Shown here one piece after another: positions 10,393 to 20,681 of a DNA stretch of 64,000 bases (position 1 is the first letter of the stretch; each line of letters begins with the position of its first letter). Source of the stretch: Verrucomicrobiota bacterium. Its GTDB lineage: Bacteria; Verrucomicrobiota; Verrucomicrobiia; Limisphaerales; UBA8199. The stretch is taken from positions 85,384 through 149,383 of the forward strand of contig JAAYVL010000022.1 in the NCBI GenBank assembly GCA_012517205.1, in the 5' to 3' direction. Position numbers and translations under genes: made by a program. The notes under the pieces are model-generated. The model saw only the letters and a list, made by a program, of their open reading frames with translations, searched no databases and was not told the origin of the DNA.

Positions 10393-10911
10393 CTACTTTT
10401 TAATCATCGTGGCGATGTAAAGGAGCAGGGCCAGGATCACCAGGCCGAAGATGATCCCCCCCACGATGAAGATGCGGTTAACCGGGTTGTCTTTCCTGGC
10501 GAAGCCGGCACTTTTCGTATCGAACCCCGGGCCCACATGCGTGTAATCGAGCTCGCTCGCCTTTACGCCGCCCGGGATTATGGTGGTGCGGTCAAAGTGC
10601 TTTTTGCCCGGCGCCGCCGCCGCTGCTGCTTCGAGGCGCATCTGAACCTGTCCGAGCCGCAGAATCTCACCGGGGCGGAGAACTTTCTCCGGGGCCACCC
10701 GCTCGGGGCCGATGTAGGTGCCATTGGTGGAATCCAGGTCGCGAACCACCACGTCCTTGCCGCGGAGCAGCACTTCACAATGGTGGCTGGACACCGAGGG
10801 CTCCGCGATGGGGAAGGTGTTGTCGTCCGACCGGCCAATCGTCGTCTTCTCCGCCGTTAATTCACAAGCCCGCCCCGCCATTCCCGCACTGAGGATCACA
10901 AGCTTCAGCAT
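10393..10911 (-). CDS. FHA domain protein with C-terminal transmembrane anchor
   Basis: 172 aa. TTIGRSDDNTFPI....VSSHHCEVL....VVVRDLDSTNGTYI is an FHA core. The C-terminus IFIVGGIIFGLVILALLLYIA is a TM helix. Confidence 0.85.
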   Translation of the reverse strand: MLKLVILSAGMAGRACELTAEKTTIGRSDDNTFPIAEPSVSSHHCEVLLRGKDVVVRDLDSTNGTYIGPERVAPEKVLRPGEILRLGQVQMRLEAAAAAAPGKKHFDRTTIIPGGVKASELDYTHVGPGFDTKSAGFARKDNPVNRIFIVGGIIFGLVILALLLYIATMIKK

Positions 10912-10943
10912 AAATCATCCGGCTCACACCTTTGGGTTCCGCA

Positions 10944-10967
10944 CCCGGCTCACCCCCGTGAGCCGGG
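10944..10967 (-). terminator. GC-rich hairpin just downstream of tRNA-Pro (possible terminator or processing structure)
   Basis: CCCGGCTCAC-CCCC-GTGAGCCGGG gives a 10-bp perfect stem 7 nt beyond the tRNA 3' end. No U-tract follows on either strand. Confidence 0.3.
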
Positions 10968-10973
10968 AAAGAA

Positions 10974-11050
10974 TGGTCGGGGCGGTGAGATTTGAACTCA
11001 CGACCTTCTGAACCCCATTCAGACGCGCTACCAAGCTACGCTACGCCCCG
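10974..11050 (-). tRNA. tRNA-Pro (anticodon GGG)
   Basis: The reverse complement CGGGGCGTAGCGTAGCTTGGTAGCGCGTCTGAATGGGGTTCAGAAGGTCGTGAGTTCAAATCTCACCGCCCCGACCA folds as a cloverleaf. The anticodon loop is AU-GGG-GU, and the T-loop GTTCAAATC and an encoded CCA are present. Confidence 0.95.
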
Positions 11051-11184
11051 AATCCTTCGACTGGCGGCAAACCCCCAGTCCAGCCCAGATACTAATACGC
11101 CGGGCTTTGAGTTCAAGCCCCAAGTTTGCCCGATTTTCCGGCCGGCCGCGGAGAACTCCCCGGCGTTCGCCCGCGCGCGGCGGG

Positions 11185-12603
11185 TCAGTCGGCTTTCTTG
11201 CGCAGCAGGGTATGGGTCGCGTGGCCGTAATAGGCCTCGGCCGCCTCCATTAACGTCTCCGACATGGTGGGGTGCGGATGAACGACCAGGGCCAGGTCTT
11301 TGGCCGTGGCCCCCATTTCAACCGCCAGCAAGCCTTCCGCCAGCAGTTCCCCGGCGCCCTGGCCCACGATGCCGACGCCCAGAATGCGCTCCGTATCGGG
11401 GTCAATAATCAGCTTGGTCAATCCCTCGGGCCGGTCAAAGGTCAAAGCCCGCCCGGAAGCGGACCAGGGGAACTTGCTCACCTGCACCTCGAGTCCTTTG
11501 GCGCGCGCCTCCGCTTCCGTCAGCCCGCACCAGGCGATTTCCGGATCGGTGAAAACCACCGCCGGGATGGTGACGTCCACAAACGCGCTCTTTTCCCCGG
11601 CAATAACCTCGACGGCAATGCGGCCTTCCTTCGTCGCTTTGTGCGCCAGCAAGACCCCGCCCACAATATCGCCGATGGCGTAAATGGCGGCATCGGTGGT
11701 CTGCTGCTTCTCATTAACATGGATAAAGCCCTTCTCGTCGAAGGAAACCTTGGTGTTTTCCAGGCCCAGGTCGTCCGCGTTGGGCACCCGGCCGACCGAT
11801 ACCAGAACCCGGTCGTAGAGTTCCTCGAGCTTCCGGCCATCGGTTTCCGACACCACCCGAATCTGCTTGCCGCTGGTGGACATCTGACTGACGCGGGTCT
11901 TGAGGCGCATTTCCTTAAACGTCTTGCGCGCATAGTTCACGATGGGCCGGGCCAGGTCGGGATCGGCGCCCGCCAATATGCTGTCCAACGCCTCGACCAG
12001 AACCACCTTGCTCCCGAACGTGGCATAGACCGTCCCGAGCTCCATGCCGATATAACCGCCGCCAATCACCAGCAGGTTCTCCGGAATATCCTCCAGCTCC
12101 AGGGCCTCCGTCGAGGTCATCACCCGCGGGTTGCCCAGGTCGAAAGCGCGCGGCAGGGCGGGCTTGGAGCCGACCGCGATGATCGCATGCTCGTAGTGGA
12201 CGAATTGCTGCCCTTGCGCGGTCTCCACGCGCAGGGTGTGCGAGTCCTCAAAATAACCCCGCCCCGTTAAGACCTGCACGCCGCGCAGCTTCGCCAGTTG
12301 CGCGATGCCGCCCGCCAGCCGGGTTAAAATGGATTCCTTCCAGCTCCGCAGCCGGGCCAGGTCCAACTGCGGCGGCCCAAACACAATGCCCCGGTGCTCG
12401 GATTCCCGCGCGGTGGTAATCGCGTGGGCCGCGTGCAGCAGGGCTTTGGAGGGAATGCAGCCGCGGTTCAAACAGACCCCGCCCAAACGGGGCTCGCGCT
12501 CTACCAAAATAACGCGCTTGCCCAGGTCCGCCGCATAGAAAGCCGCGGCATAGCCACCGGGGCCGGCGCCGACAACCACGATTTCTGTCTTGATGGGATT
12601 CAT
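11185..12603 (-). CDS. lpdA: dihydrolipoyl dehydrogenase (E3)
   Basis: 472 aa. It has GAGPGGYAAA, the redox disulfide GGVCLNRGCIPSK and the C-terminal HPHPTMSE motif. It is the last gene of the PDH operon. Confidence 0.95.
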   Translation of the reverse strand: MNPIKTEIVVVGAGPGGYAAAFYAADLGKRVILVEREPRLGGVCLNRGCIPSKALLHAAHAITTARESEHRGIVFGPPQLDLARLRSWKESILTRLAGGIAQLAKLRGVQVLTGRGYFEDSHTLRVETAQGQQFVHYEHAIIAVGSKPALPRAFDLGNPRVMTSTEALELEDIPENLLVIGGGYIGMELGTVYATFGSKVVLVEALDSILAGADPDLARPIVNYARKTFKEMRLKTRVSQMSTSGKQIRVVSETDGRKLEELYDRVLVSVGRVPNADDLGLENTKVSFDEKGFIHVNEKQQTTDAAIYAIGDIVGGVLLAHKATKEGRIAVEVIAGEKSAFVDVTIPAVVFTDPEIAWCGLTEAEARAKGLEVQVSKFPWSASGRALTFDRPEGLTKLIIDPDTERILGVGIVGQGAGELLAEGLLAVEMGATAKDLALVVHPHPTMSETLMEAAEAYYGHATHTLLRKKAD

Positions 12604-12618
12604 AATGACTCAGTCCTT

Positions 12619-13905
12619 CTATAGTTTCACCGCTTCTTCCGGGAAGTTCTCAAAGGCCTGCACGAGGTCCACGGTGAACCGCGCGGCCGCCCCGCCATCA
12701 ATGGCGCGGTGGTCGTAGGAAAGCCCGAGGGGCAGCCACAGCCGGGGCTCGATCCGCTGTTCGCGCACCGTGGCTTTCATCGCCCCGCGGCCCAGGCCGA
12801 GAATGGCCACCTCCGGCTTGTTCACAATCGGCGTAAAATGCCCGCCGCCGATGCCGCCCTGGTTCGAGATGGTAAAGGTGCCGCCCTGGAGCTGCTCCGC
12901 GGTCAATTTGCGCTGGCGCGCCTTGCCGGCCAGGTCTTCCAGCTCCCGCGACAGCTCCAGCAAGCTCTTCTTGTCCGCATCCCGGATCACCGGCACAATC
13001 AGGCCCGCCTCGGTGTCCACGGCGATCCCGATATGGTAGTATTCCTTGAGCACGATCTCGTGCGCGCCCTCGTCCAGGCTGGCATTGAAGAGGGGATGCT
13101 TCTTGAGCGTGTCCACCACCACCTTGAGCGCAAACGAGGTCAGGGTGAGCCGGGCTTTCTGCTGCTCGTAGGCCGGGGCATACTTCTTCCGCAACGCCAT
13201 CACGGCGGTAATGTCCGCCTCGTCAAACTGGGTGACGCGCGGAATGGTGCTCCAGCTTTCGCTCATGCGCCGGGCAATGACCTCCCGGAGGGGGGAAAGC
13301 GGTTTGCGCGAAACCGGCCCCCACTTCGCAAAATCTATCCGCTCGGCCGGCGGGGGAGGCGGCGCGCCGCCGCCCGCCCGCGGCTGGGTGGCCAGCCGCT
13401 GCAGCTTTTGAATGTATTCGCGCACGTCCTCCAGCAAAATCCGCCCGCCGCGCGCGCTGCCGGCCACGCGGGACAAGTCAATGCCCAGATCCCGCGCCAG
13501 TTTGCGGATGGACGGCGCCGCCATCGGCGGCACGCCGGCCTTCGGCGGGGAGGCCGGTTCGTCGGCGTCCGTGTCGGGAACCGGCACCTGTTCCGGCGAA
13601 GGCGTCTGGATCAGGCGCTCGCGGCTGCGCCGGGGCGCCGGGGCGGAAGCCGGGGCCGGGGTTTCGGCCGGGGCGGCTCCGGCCAGCGCCAGCATCCGCT
13701 GGCCAACCTTGAGCTTGTCGCCCGCGCTGACAAAAACCGCCGTCACCGTCCCGGCCGCGCTGGCGGGGATGTTGACGACCGCCTTTTCATTCTCCAGCTC
13801 GAGCACGGGCTGGCCTTGGGTGATCGTATCACCCGGTTTGACAAATACGTTGACCACGGTGCCGGAATCCGCGCCTTCGCCCAGGGGAGGAAGTTTCATT
13901 TCCAT
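12619..13905 (-). CDS. aceF: dihydrolipoyllysine-residue acetyltransferase (E2), single lipoyl domain
   Basis: The ORF is 12619..14073, but the biologically sensible start is MEMKLPPLGEGADSGTV at 13905; upstream of that it overlaps aceE. It has a lipoyl domain (ELENEKA), an E3-binding domain (PSIRKLARDLGIDL) and the catalytic DHRAIDG. Confidence 0.9.
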   Translation of the reverse strand: MEMKLPPLGEGADSGTVVNVFVKPGDTITQGQPVLELENEKAVVNIPASAAGTVTAVFVSAGDKLKVGQRMLALAGAAPAETPAPASAPAPRRSRERLIQTPSPEQVPVPDTDADEPASPPKAGVPPMAAPSIRKLARDLGIDLSRVAGSARGGRILLEDVREYIQKLQRLATQPRAGGGAPPPPPAERIDFAKWGPVSRKPLSPLREVIARRMSESWSTIPRVTQFDEADITAVMALRKKYAPAYEQQKARLTLTSFALKVVVDTLKKHPLFNASLDEGAHEIVLKEYYHIGIAVDTEAGLIVPVIRDADKKSLLELSRELEDLAGKARQRKLTAEQLQGGTFTISNQGGIGGGHFTPIVNKPEVAILGLGRGAMKATVREQRIEPRLWLPLGLSYDHRAIDGGAAARFTVDLVQAFENFPEEAVKL

Positions 13906-13954
13906 AAGTCTATAAAGAGTTGAGTTCAGCCCGCATGAAAGAAACGCCGGCGCG

Positions 13955-16675
<2,721 letters not shown>

Positions 16676-16778
16676 TTTATTAATAACAAGTTATTTACCT
16701 ATACTCTCTCTGGCTGCGCGTCAAACGCCTTAGCTTAAATCTAATTACAGCATACTTTCCGCCGGTTGTCAGCTAAAT
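16676..16778. promoter_or_regulatory. divergent promoter region between aceE and the lipoate-ligase-like gene
   Basis: A 103-bp AT-enriched spacer between divergent starts. It contains the perfect palindrome TTATTAATAA at 16677-16686. No sigma-factor motif could be assigned with confidence. Confidence 0.3.
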
Positions 16779-17522
16779 ATGGCGGCCGATAACTGCAGGC
16801 TCATGAAACTTTGCGACCTTACGCTGCCGACGCCCGAGGAAAACCTCGCCGCCGACGAGGCCCTTCTCGACCTGTGCGAAGCCGGCGGCTGCGGCGAGGT
16901 GCTTCGTTTCTGGTCGCCCCGGCATTACTTCGTCGTCCTCGGCTACGGCAACAAAGCCGCCACCGAGGCCAACCTTCCCTTCTGCCGCGAACAGGGCATC
17001 CCGGTGCTGCGCCGGTGCACCGGAGGCGGCACGGTGCTGCAAGGCCCGGGCGTGCTCAATTACGCCCTGATCCTGCGCATCGCCGGCAACCAGCCCTGCC
17101 AGAGCATCGCCGCCACCAACCAGTTTATACTCGAACGCCACCGCGACGCCCTGGCCCCCGTCCTTGCGGCGCCCATCGCATGGCGAGGCCAGACCGACCT
17201 GGCCATTGACGAACTCAAGTTCGCCGGCAACGCCCAGCGCCGCCGCCGCCGGTTCCTGCTTTTCCACGGCTCGTTCCTCCTGCGCCTGGACCTCGCCCTG
17301 GTCGAAAAGACTCTCCCTCCGCCCTCCCTCCAGCCGGATTATCGCCTCAACCGCGTTCACGGCGATTTCCTGCTCAACCTCAACGTCTCCGAAGACGCCG
17401 TCAAAACCGCCCTCGCCAAAGCCTGGAAAGCCGCCACCCCCCTCACGGCTATCCCCCTGGACCACATCCACCGTCTCGTTGCCGAAAAATACTCGCTCCG
17501 CGAGTGGAACTTCCGCGTTTAG
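16779..17522 (+). CDS. lipoate-protein ligase / octanoyltransferase family (BPL_LplA_LipB domain) protein
   Basis: 247 aa. FWSPRHYFVVLGYGNK...GIPVLRRCTGGGTVLQGPG.LNYALIL...KFAGNAQRR is typical of LplA/LipB-fold enzymes. It is divergent from the lipoylated PDH complex. Confidence 0.75.
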   Translation: MAADNCRLMKLCDLTLPTPEENLAADEALLDLCEAGGCGEVLRFWSPRHYFVVLGYGNKAATEANLPFCREQGIPVLRRCTGGGTVLQGPGVLNYALILRIAGNQPCQSIAATNQFILERHRDALAPVLAAPIAWRGQTDLAIDELKFAGNAQRRRRRFLLFHGSFLLRLDLALVEKTLPPPSLQPDYRLNRVHGDFLLNLNVSEDAVKTALAKAWKAATPLTAIPLDHIHRLVAEKYSLREWNFRV

Positions 17523-17572
17523 CTCCCTCCGCCCCCTTCGAAAACCCCTTATTTTCCGCCCTCTCCACCGCG

Positions 17573-17663
17573 TGTACAAGGGGTGTACAAGGGATGCCCA
17601 CCGGGAGTTCATGGGATTTTAGCGGGTACACCCGATGAGCATCCCTTGTACACCCCTTGTACA
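17573..17663. repeat. 91-nt palindromic element, copy A (perfect 25-bp arms, 41-nt loop)
   Basis: TGTACAAGGGGTGTACAAGGGATGC (17573-17597) is the exact reverse complement of GCATCCCTTGTACACCCCTTGTACA (17639-17663). Each arm holds two 11-nt direct repeats. A homologous copy lies at 52090-52180. Confidence 0.85.
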
Positions 17664-18155
17664 CGGCCTGCTGGCAGGGGGAGATAAGGGTGAGGGGCAG
17701 GGATAGGCCGTATTGTAAAAGTCCTGTAAAATGAAGTAGTTATAGTAGAAAGCCGGGATAAAGAATGGGTTTTAAGCGAAGAAATAGGGGACTATTTCCC
17801 AGTCGGGCGGAAAACCGTGCGAACGAGGTCGGAAAGCAGGGGTGGAAAGGCAGGAATAAAGGCCGTATTGGGGGGGCTGGAGGGCTCCTTGCGGCTGATG
17901 GTACGGCAGGCGGGGTGCGCGGTTCTGGATATGAGTCGGTTGCCGCCGGTGCTGACACGGCTTCAGGCGCCTCGAACAGGACTGGCCTCGGTTGGGCATC
18001 CCCGTTCCCGGGGTGTTAGCTGAGGCGTGCCGGAATGGTGTTGGAAACGGTCTTGAGGGGGCGCTTGCACGGCAATCGCCTTACGATGCGCCCCCCTGGC
18101 CTGGTGCCGGGACTGGCAACGGCTGGCCTTTGGTCCCGCGTTATGGGGACGGGGG

Positions 18156-18467
18156 CTAGGCGTTGGATTTCGGCGCGATTTTGCGCACCGACAGGCGCAT
18201 TTCCCGGCCCGCCTTGAACTTGACGCCATAGCGTTCAGGGATCGGCACTTGAGACTCAGGGGCGGCGGGATTGCGCCCGATCCGGGCTTTTCGCAAACGC
18301 ACTTCGAATATCCCAAAGTTGCGCAACTCCACTTTCCGCCCTGCCGCCAGGGCGTTGATGATATGATCAAAGGTGAGCTGAACCACATTGGAGACCTGAT
18401 GGTAGGGCAGCTTGGTCTCTTCACAGATGCCAAGCACTAAGTCGCGTTTTGTCAGAGTCATAGGCAA
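18156..18467 (-). CDS. HU/IHF family DNA-binding protein
   Basis: 103 aa. The core reads LTKRDLV...VELRNFGIFEVRLRKARIGRNPAAPESQVPIPERYGVKFKAGREM, with the arm motif R.GRNP. Confidence 0.85.
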   Translation of the reverse strand: MPMTLTKRDLVLGICEETKLPYHQVSNVVQLTFDHIINALAAGRKVELRNFGIFEVRLRKARIGRNPAAPESQVPIPERYGVKFKAGREMRLSVRKIAPKSNA

Positions 18468-18528
18468 GAATGTTTATTAAGTCCCGTCAACTAAGCTAGT
18501 TATAGCCTGCCCGGATTTAAAAGGCAAG

Positions 18529-19686
18529 TTAAAAGAGAAGGAAAAAGGGAAATCTGGGGACATCGTGACCCTGGTAAAGGGGTTTGGGCAAGTAGAAGTG
18601 GTGACGTTTGGCGAGGTCAAGCGGTCGCCAGTCCAGGACCGCTCCAACCAGGGCTGGAGCCTGGCGTTGGAGGATTTGCAACGGACTCTGCCATTCCTTG
18701 CCGCGATTGGGATGCCCCAGATTGAAGTAGAGCCAGTAAGTGATGACCTTGGCCCAGAAGTCCGTTGGGCTGCGGAAGGTTTCCCGATCGAAGCACTCAT
18801 CTTCGACGCGTCGGGGCACCGTTTCGACATCGCTTTGCCAAGGGTAGCGTTGGGGCGGAATGTAACGGTGCTCGCACCCCAAGGCGCACTCGGCGGTGGG
18901 CAGCCCTTGCGCTGGTTGATTTTCCAGGAACTCACTGCCGTTGTCGGTTTGCCCGACCACCCCGGAGAGGTCCACGCCGTGACCGGCCAGGGGCACCGCC
19001 AGTTGTTCGGCCAGGAGGGTGGCATAGCTTTTGGACCGTTCATCGGCATAACCGGTAAAGCAGGCGCCGGAGACGGGCTCGCGGACGGTGTATTGGAAGC
19101 GGGGCAGGTTGAGGTGGGTCATTTGCGGCCAGTGATGAGGGATATCCTGGAGATATTGGGTGTCGGTGGAGAGCTGGCCAAAGAGTTTCCAGTGGCGTTT
19201 GACCGCGCGGAGTTGCTGTTTGGGGGCGGGTTTCTTTTTCCGAGGCCGCGCCCGTTGATGCGTTCGAAAGACCCGGGCAAGGGCGTTGTGGCGGCAAGGC
19301 AGGTGAAATTCCCGCTGGAGGCGTTGGGCGCCGAAGCCGGTTGGGCCGCGCAGTTTGACGATCTGGCCTTCCAGACCCTTGGGGATCTGGTTGGGCGAGT
19401 GTTGGGGGCGACGGCTGCGTTCGACCCAAGTGGAGGGTTTACCGGGTTGATAACGGCGCCGCCATTTGCGGACGGGGTTGCGGGAGCCGCCGAACTCGCG
19501 GGCGGCAGCCTTGATGCCGTTGGCGCGGGCCCAGGCAACCAGTTTCTGATGCCACCAATGACGGTCGGGGCGCCTACGATAGAGTTCAAAGTAGGTGCTG
19601 TGCCCCCGCGGAGGGTGGCAGATTTTTCGCGCCGCGGCTGCGCCTCCTCCGGAGGAGGCGCAGCAGTTCCATTCTGCGTCGGGGGC
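18529..19686 (-). pseudogene. IS481-family transposase frame without a canonical start codon (possible pseudogene or non-canonical initiation)
   Basis: A single open frame of 386 codons. The N-terminal part reads KLVAWARANGIKAAAREFGGSRNPVRKWRRRY...SRRPQHSP (HTH) and the C-terminal part has the rve core with TDNGSEF. The first ATG/GTG/TTG in frame is at 19122, after the HTH domain. The stop (18529-18531) lies 23 nt outside the left IR. Confidence 0.7.
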
Positions 19687-19730
19687 TCAACACCTTGAGT
19701 TTCACCACCAGGGGGTCACGATGTCCCCAG
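18554..19730 (-). mobile_element. IS481-family insertion sequence (1177 bp) with terminal inverted repeats
   Basis: The left end CTGGGGACATCGTGACCC-TGGT (18554-) matches the reverse complement of the right end CTGGGGACATCGTGACCCCCTGGT (-19730), with 18 nt perfect. It encloses one HTH + rve (DDE) transposase frame. No target-site duplication is visible. Confidence 0.8.
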
Positions 19731-19732
19731 TC

Positions 19733-19882
19733 CTTCCCAAAAGCCAACCTGCGCCACGGCAGGACATCCTGGGTCATCGCTCGCTCAACACGACCGAGCG
19801 TTATCTGCGCCTGGCCATCACCGACTTGAAAGAAGCGCGCCGCAAGTTCCATCCGAGAGAGCGAGGGGGAACCTTAATTTAA
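19733..19882 (+). pseudogene. C-terminal remnant of a tyrosine recombinase (phage-integrase family)
   Basis: The translation ends ...ILGHRSLNTTERYLRLAITDLKEARRKFHP, the LGH...TT..Y box carrying the catalytic Tyr. Only about 35 recognisable residues remain, they abut the IS right end, and no N-terminal part is present in the window. Confidence 0.65.
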
Positions 19883-19884
19883 TT

Positions 19885-20184
19885 ATGAAACGCTATCGGA
19901 CTTGTCAGAACGGCTCACTTGGCCGACATTTTGGCCGCGTGAGCATTGCTGCTGAGAAAGTGGCCGAAGTGCTGGCCCTGCCCGGGCAGGACCGCGCGTA
20001 TCGGGCTCGCCAACTCATCGCCAGTCTTGACGACACCATTGACGCGGGCGCCGAAACGCAGTGGAACGAAGTCATTGACCGGCGCTCCCGCGAGATGGCC
20101 GAGGGCCGGGTGGATGCCCGGCCAGAGGAAGAGATGATCCGGGACATCCCGGCCAAGCTCCATACGCGTCATCCGGCATTCTGA
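19885..20184 (+). CDS. putative addiction-module antitoxin (TIGR02574-like component)
   Basis: 99 aa. EVLALPGQDRAYRARQLIASLDD....ETQWNEVIDRRSREMAEGRV resembles the 'putative addiction module component' family. The true start may be the GTG at 19939. The 3' end overlaps the toxin remnant. Confidence 0.55.
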   Translation: MKRYRTCQNGSLGRHFGRVSIAAEKVAEVLALPGQDRAYRARQLIASLDDTIDAGAETQWNEVIDRRSREMAEGRVDARPEEEMIRDIPAKLHTRHPAF

Positions 20185-20461
20185 AGTTCCTCAAGAGTTG
20201 GAAGCCGCCGCGCTTTGGTATGAGGAACGCCAGCCGAAGCTGGGCAGCGACTTTCTTGAGGAATATCGAGCTACGCTGGGGCGCATCCTGGCCGAGCCGG
20301 AACGCTGACGCAAAATCCGGGGCGACAATCGCAAGCTCAACTTCCACCGCTTTTCCTGCGCCATCGTTTACAGCGTCAGCGCCGGCGCGATCTACGTCAA
20401 AGCCGTGATGCACCTGCATCGTCGTCCATTTTACTGGATGCCACGCCAGTTCCCGGCTTGA
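20162..20461 (+). pseudogene. ParE/RelE-superfamily toxin remnant (no start codon, in-frame TGA at 20306-20308)
   Basis: The frame reads IRHSEVPQELEAAALWYEERQPKLGSDFLEEYRATLGRILAEPER*RKIRGDNRKLNFHRFSCAIVYSVSAGAIYVKAVMHLHRRPFYW. This matches the RelE/ParE pattern (HP.A..EL..A..WYE...FP.AIVY......I.V.AV.H..R.P.YW). One internal stop is present, and there is no ATG/GTG/TTG upstream in frame after the stop at 20135. Confidence 0.7.
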
Positions 20462-20631
20462 CCTTGAGCCGCCAAAATCCGCTTGGTGATGGGAGGGTAT
20501 GAAGACTAAGCAGGGAGAGGTTGTCAGCTCTCTGCTGGCACTGTTTCAATCAGTGGTTTTGCTGGTGGCCTGGCCATCGGGCAAGAAAGGATGCAAGGGG
20601 GGCCTTGTCTGGCCGCCACTCCTTAAAGGCG

Positions 20632-20666
20632 CTCAGGCAGCCGTTTGTCCAGGACGGCTGCCTGAG
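20632..20666 (-). terminator. probable intrinsic terminator of the FeoA-like gene
   Basis: CTCAGGCAGCCG-(11 nt)-CGGCTGCCTGAG gives a 12-bp perfect stem 15 nt downstream of the stop at 20682. On the minus strand it is followed by CGCCTTTAAGG, a short T-run only. Confidence 0.5.
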
Positions 20667-20681
20667 TCGTGATCCTTCCCT

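Noticed and set aside
17449-17664. Small ORFs beginning MYKGCTRDA... on the minus strand at both palindromic element copies (17449..17664 and 51999..52181), which look like a conserved peptide.
   Set aside because: The shared peptide strings follow directly from the shared inverted-repeat DNA, and both strands read the same. The regions outside the arms are unrelated and compositionally non-protein-like, and copy A's ORF overlaps the end of the lplA-like gene.
17664-18155. The gene-free 490 bp after the palindrome, considered as a housekeeping ncRNA (RNase P, SRP, 6S, tmRNA) or a CRISPR array.
   Set aside because: I found no regularly spaced repeats, no RNase P P4 (GAGGAAAGTCC) motif, no SRP (GGAAGCAGCC-type) motif and no tRNA-like end. 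Only a short duplicated GGCCGTATTG was seen. It is kept within the scar finding rather than called as an RNA.
20499-20672. A 57-codon ORF (MKTKQGEVVSSLLALFQSVVLLVAW...) between the toxin remnant and the feoA-like gene.
   Set aside because: Its 3' half is the terminator hairpin of the feoA-like gene read in frame. There is no SD and no recognisable family, so it is probably non-coding.
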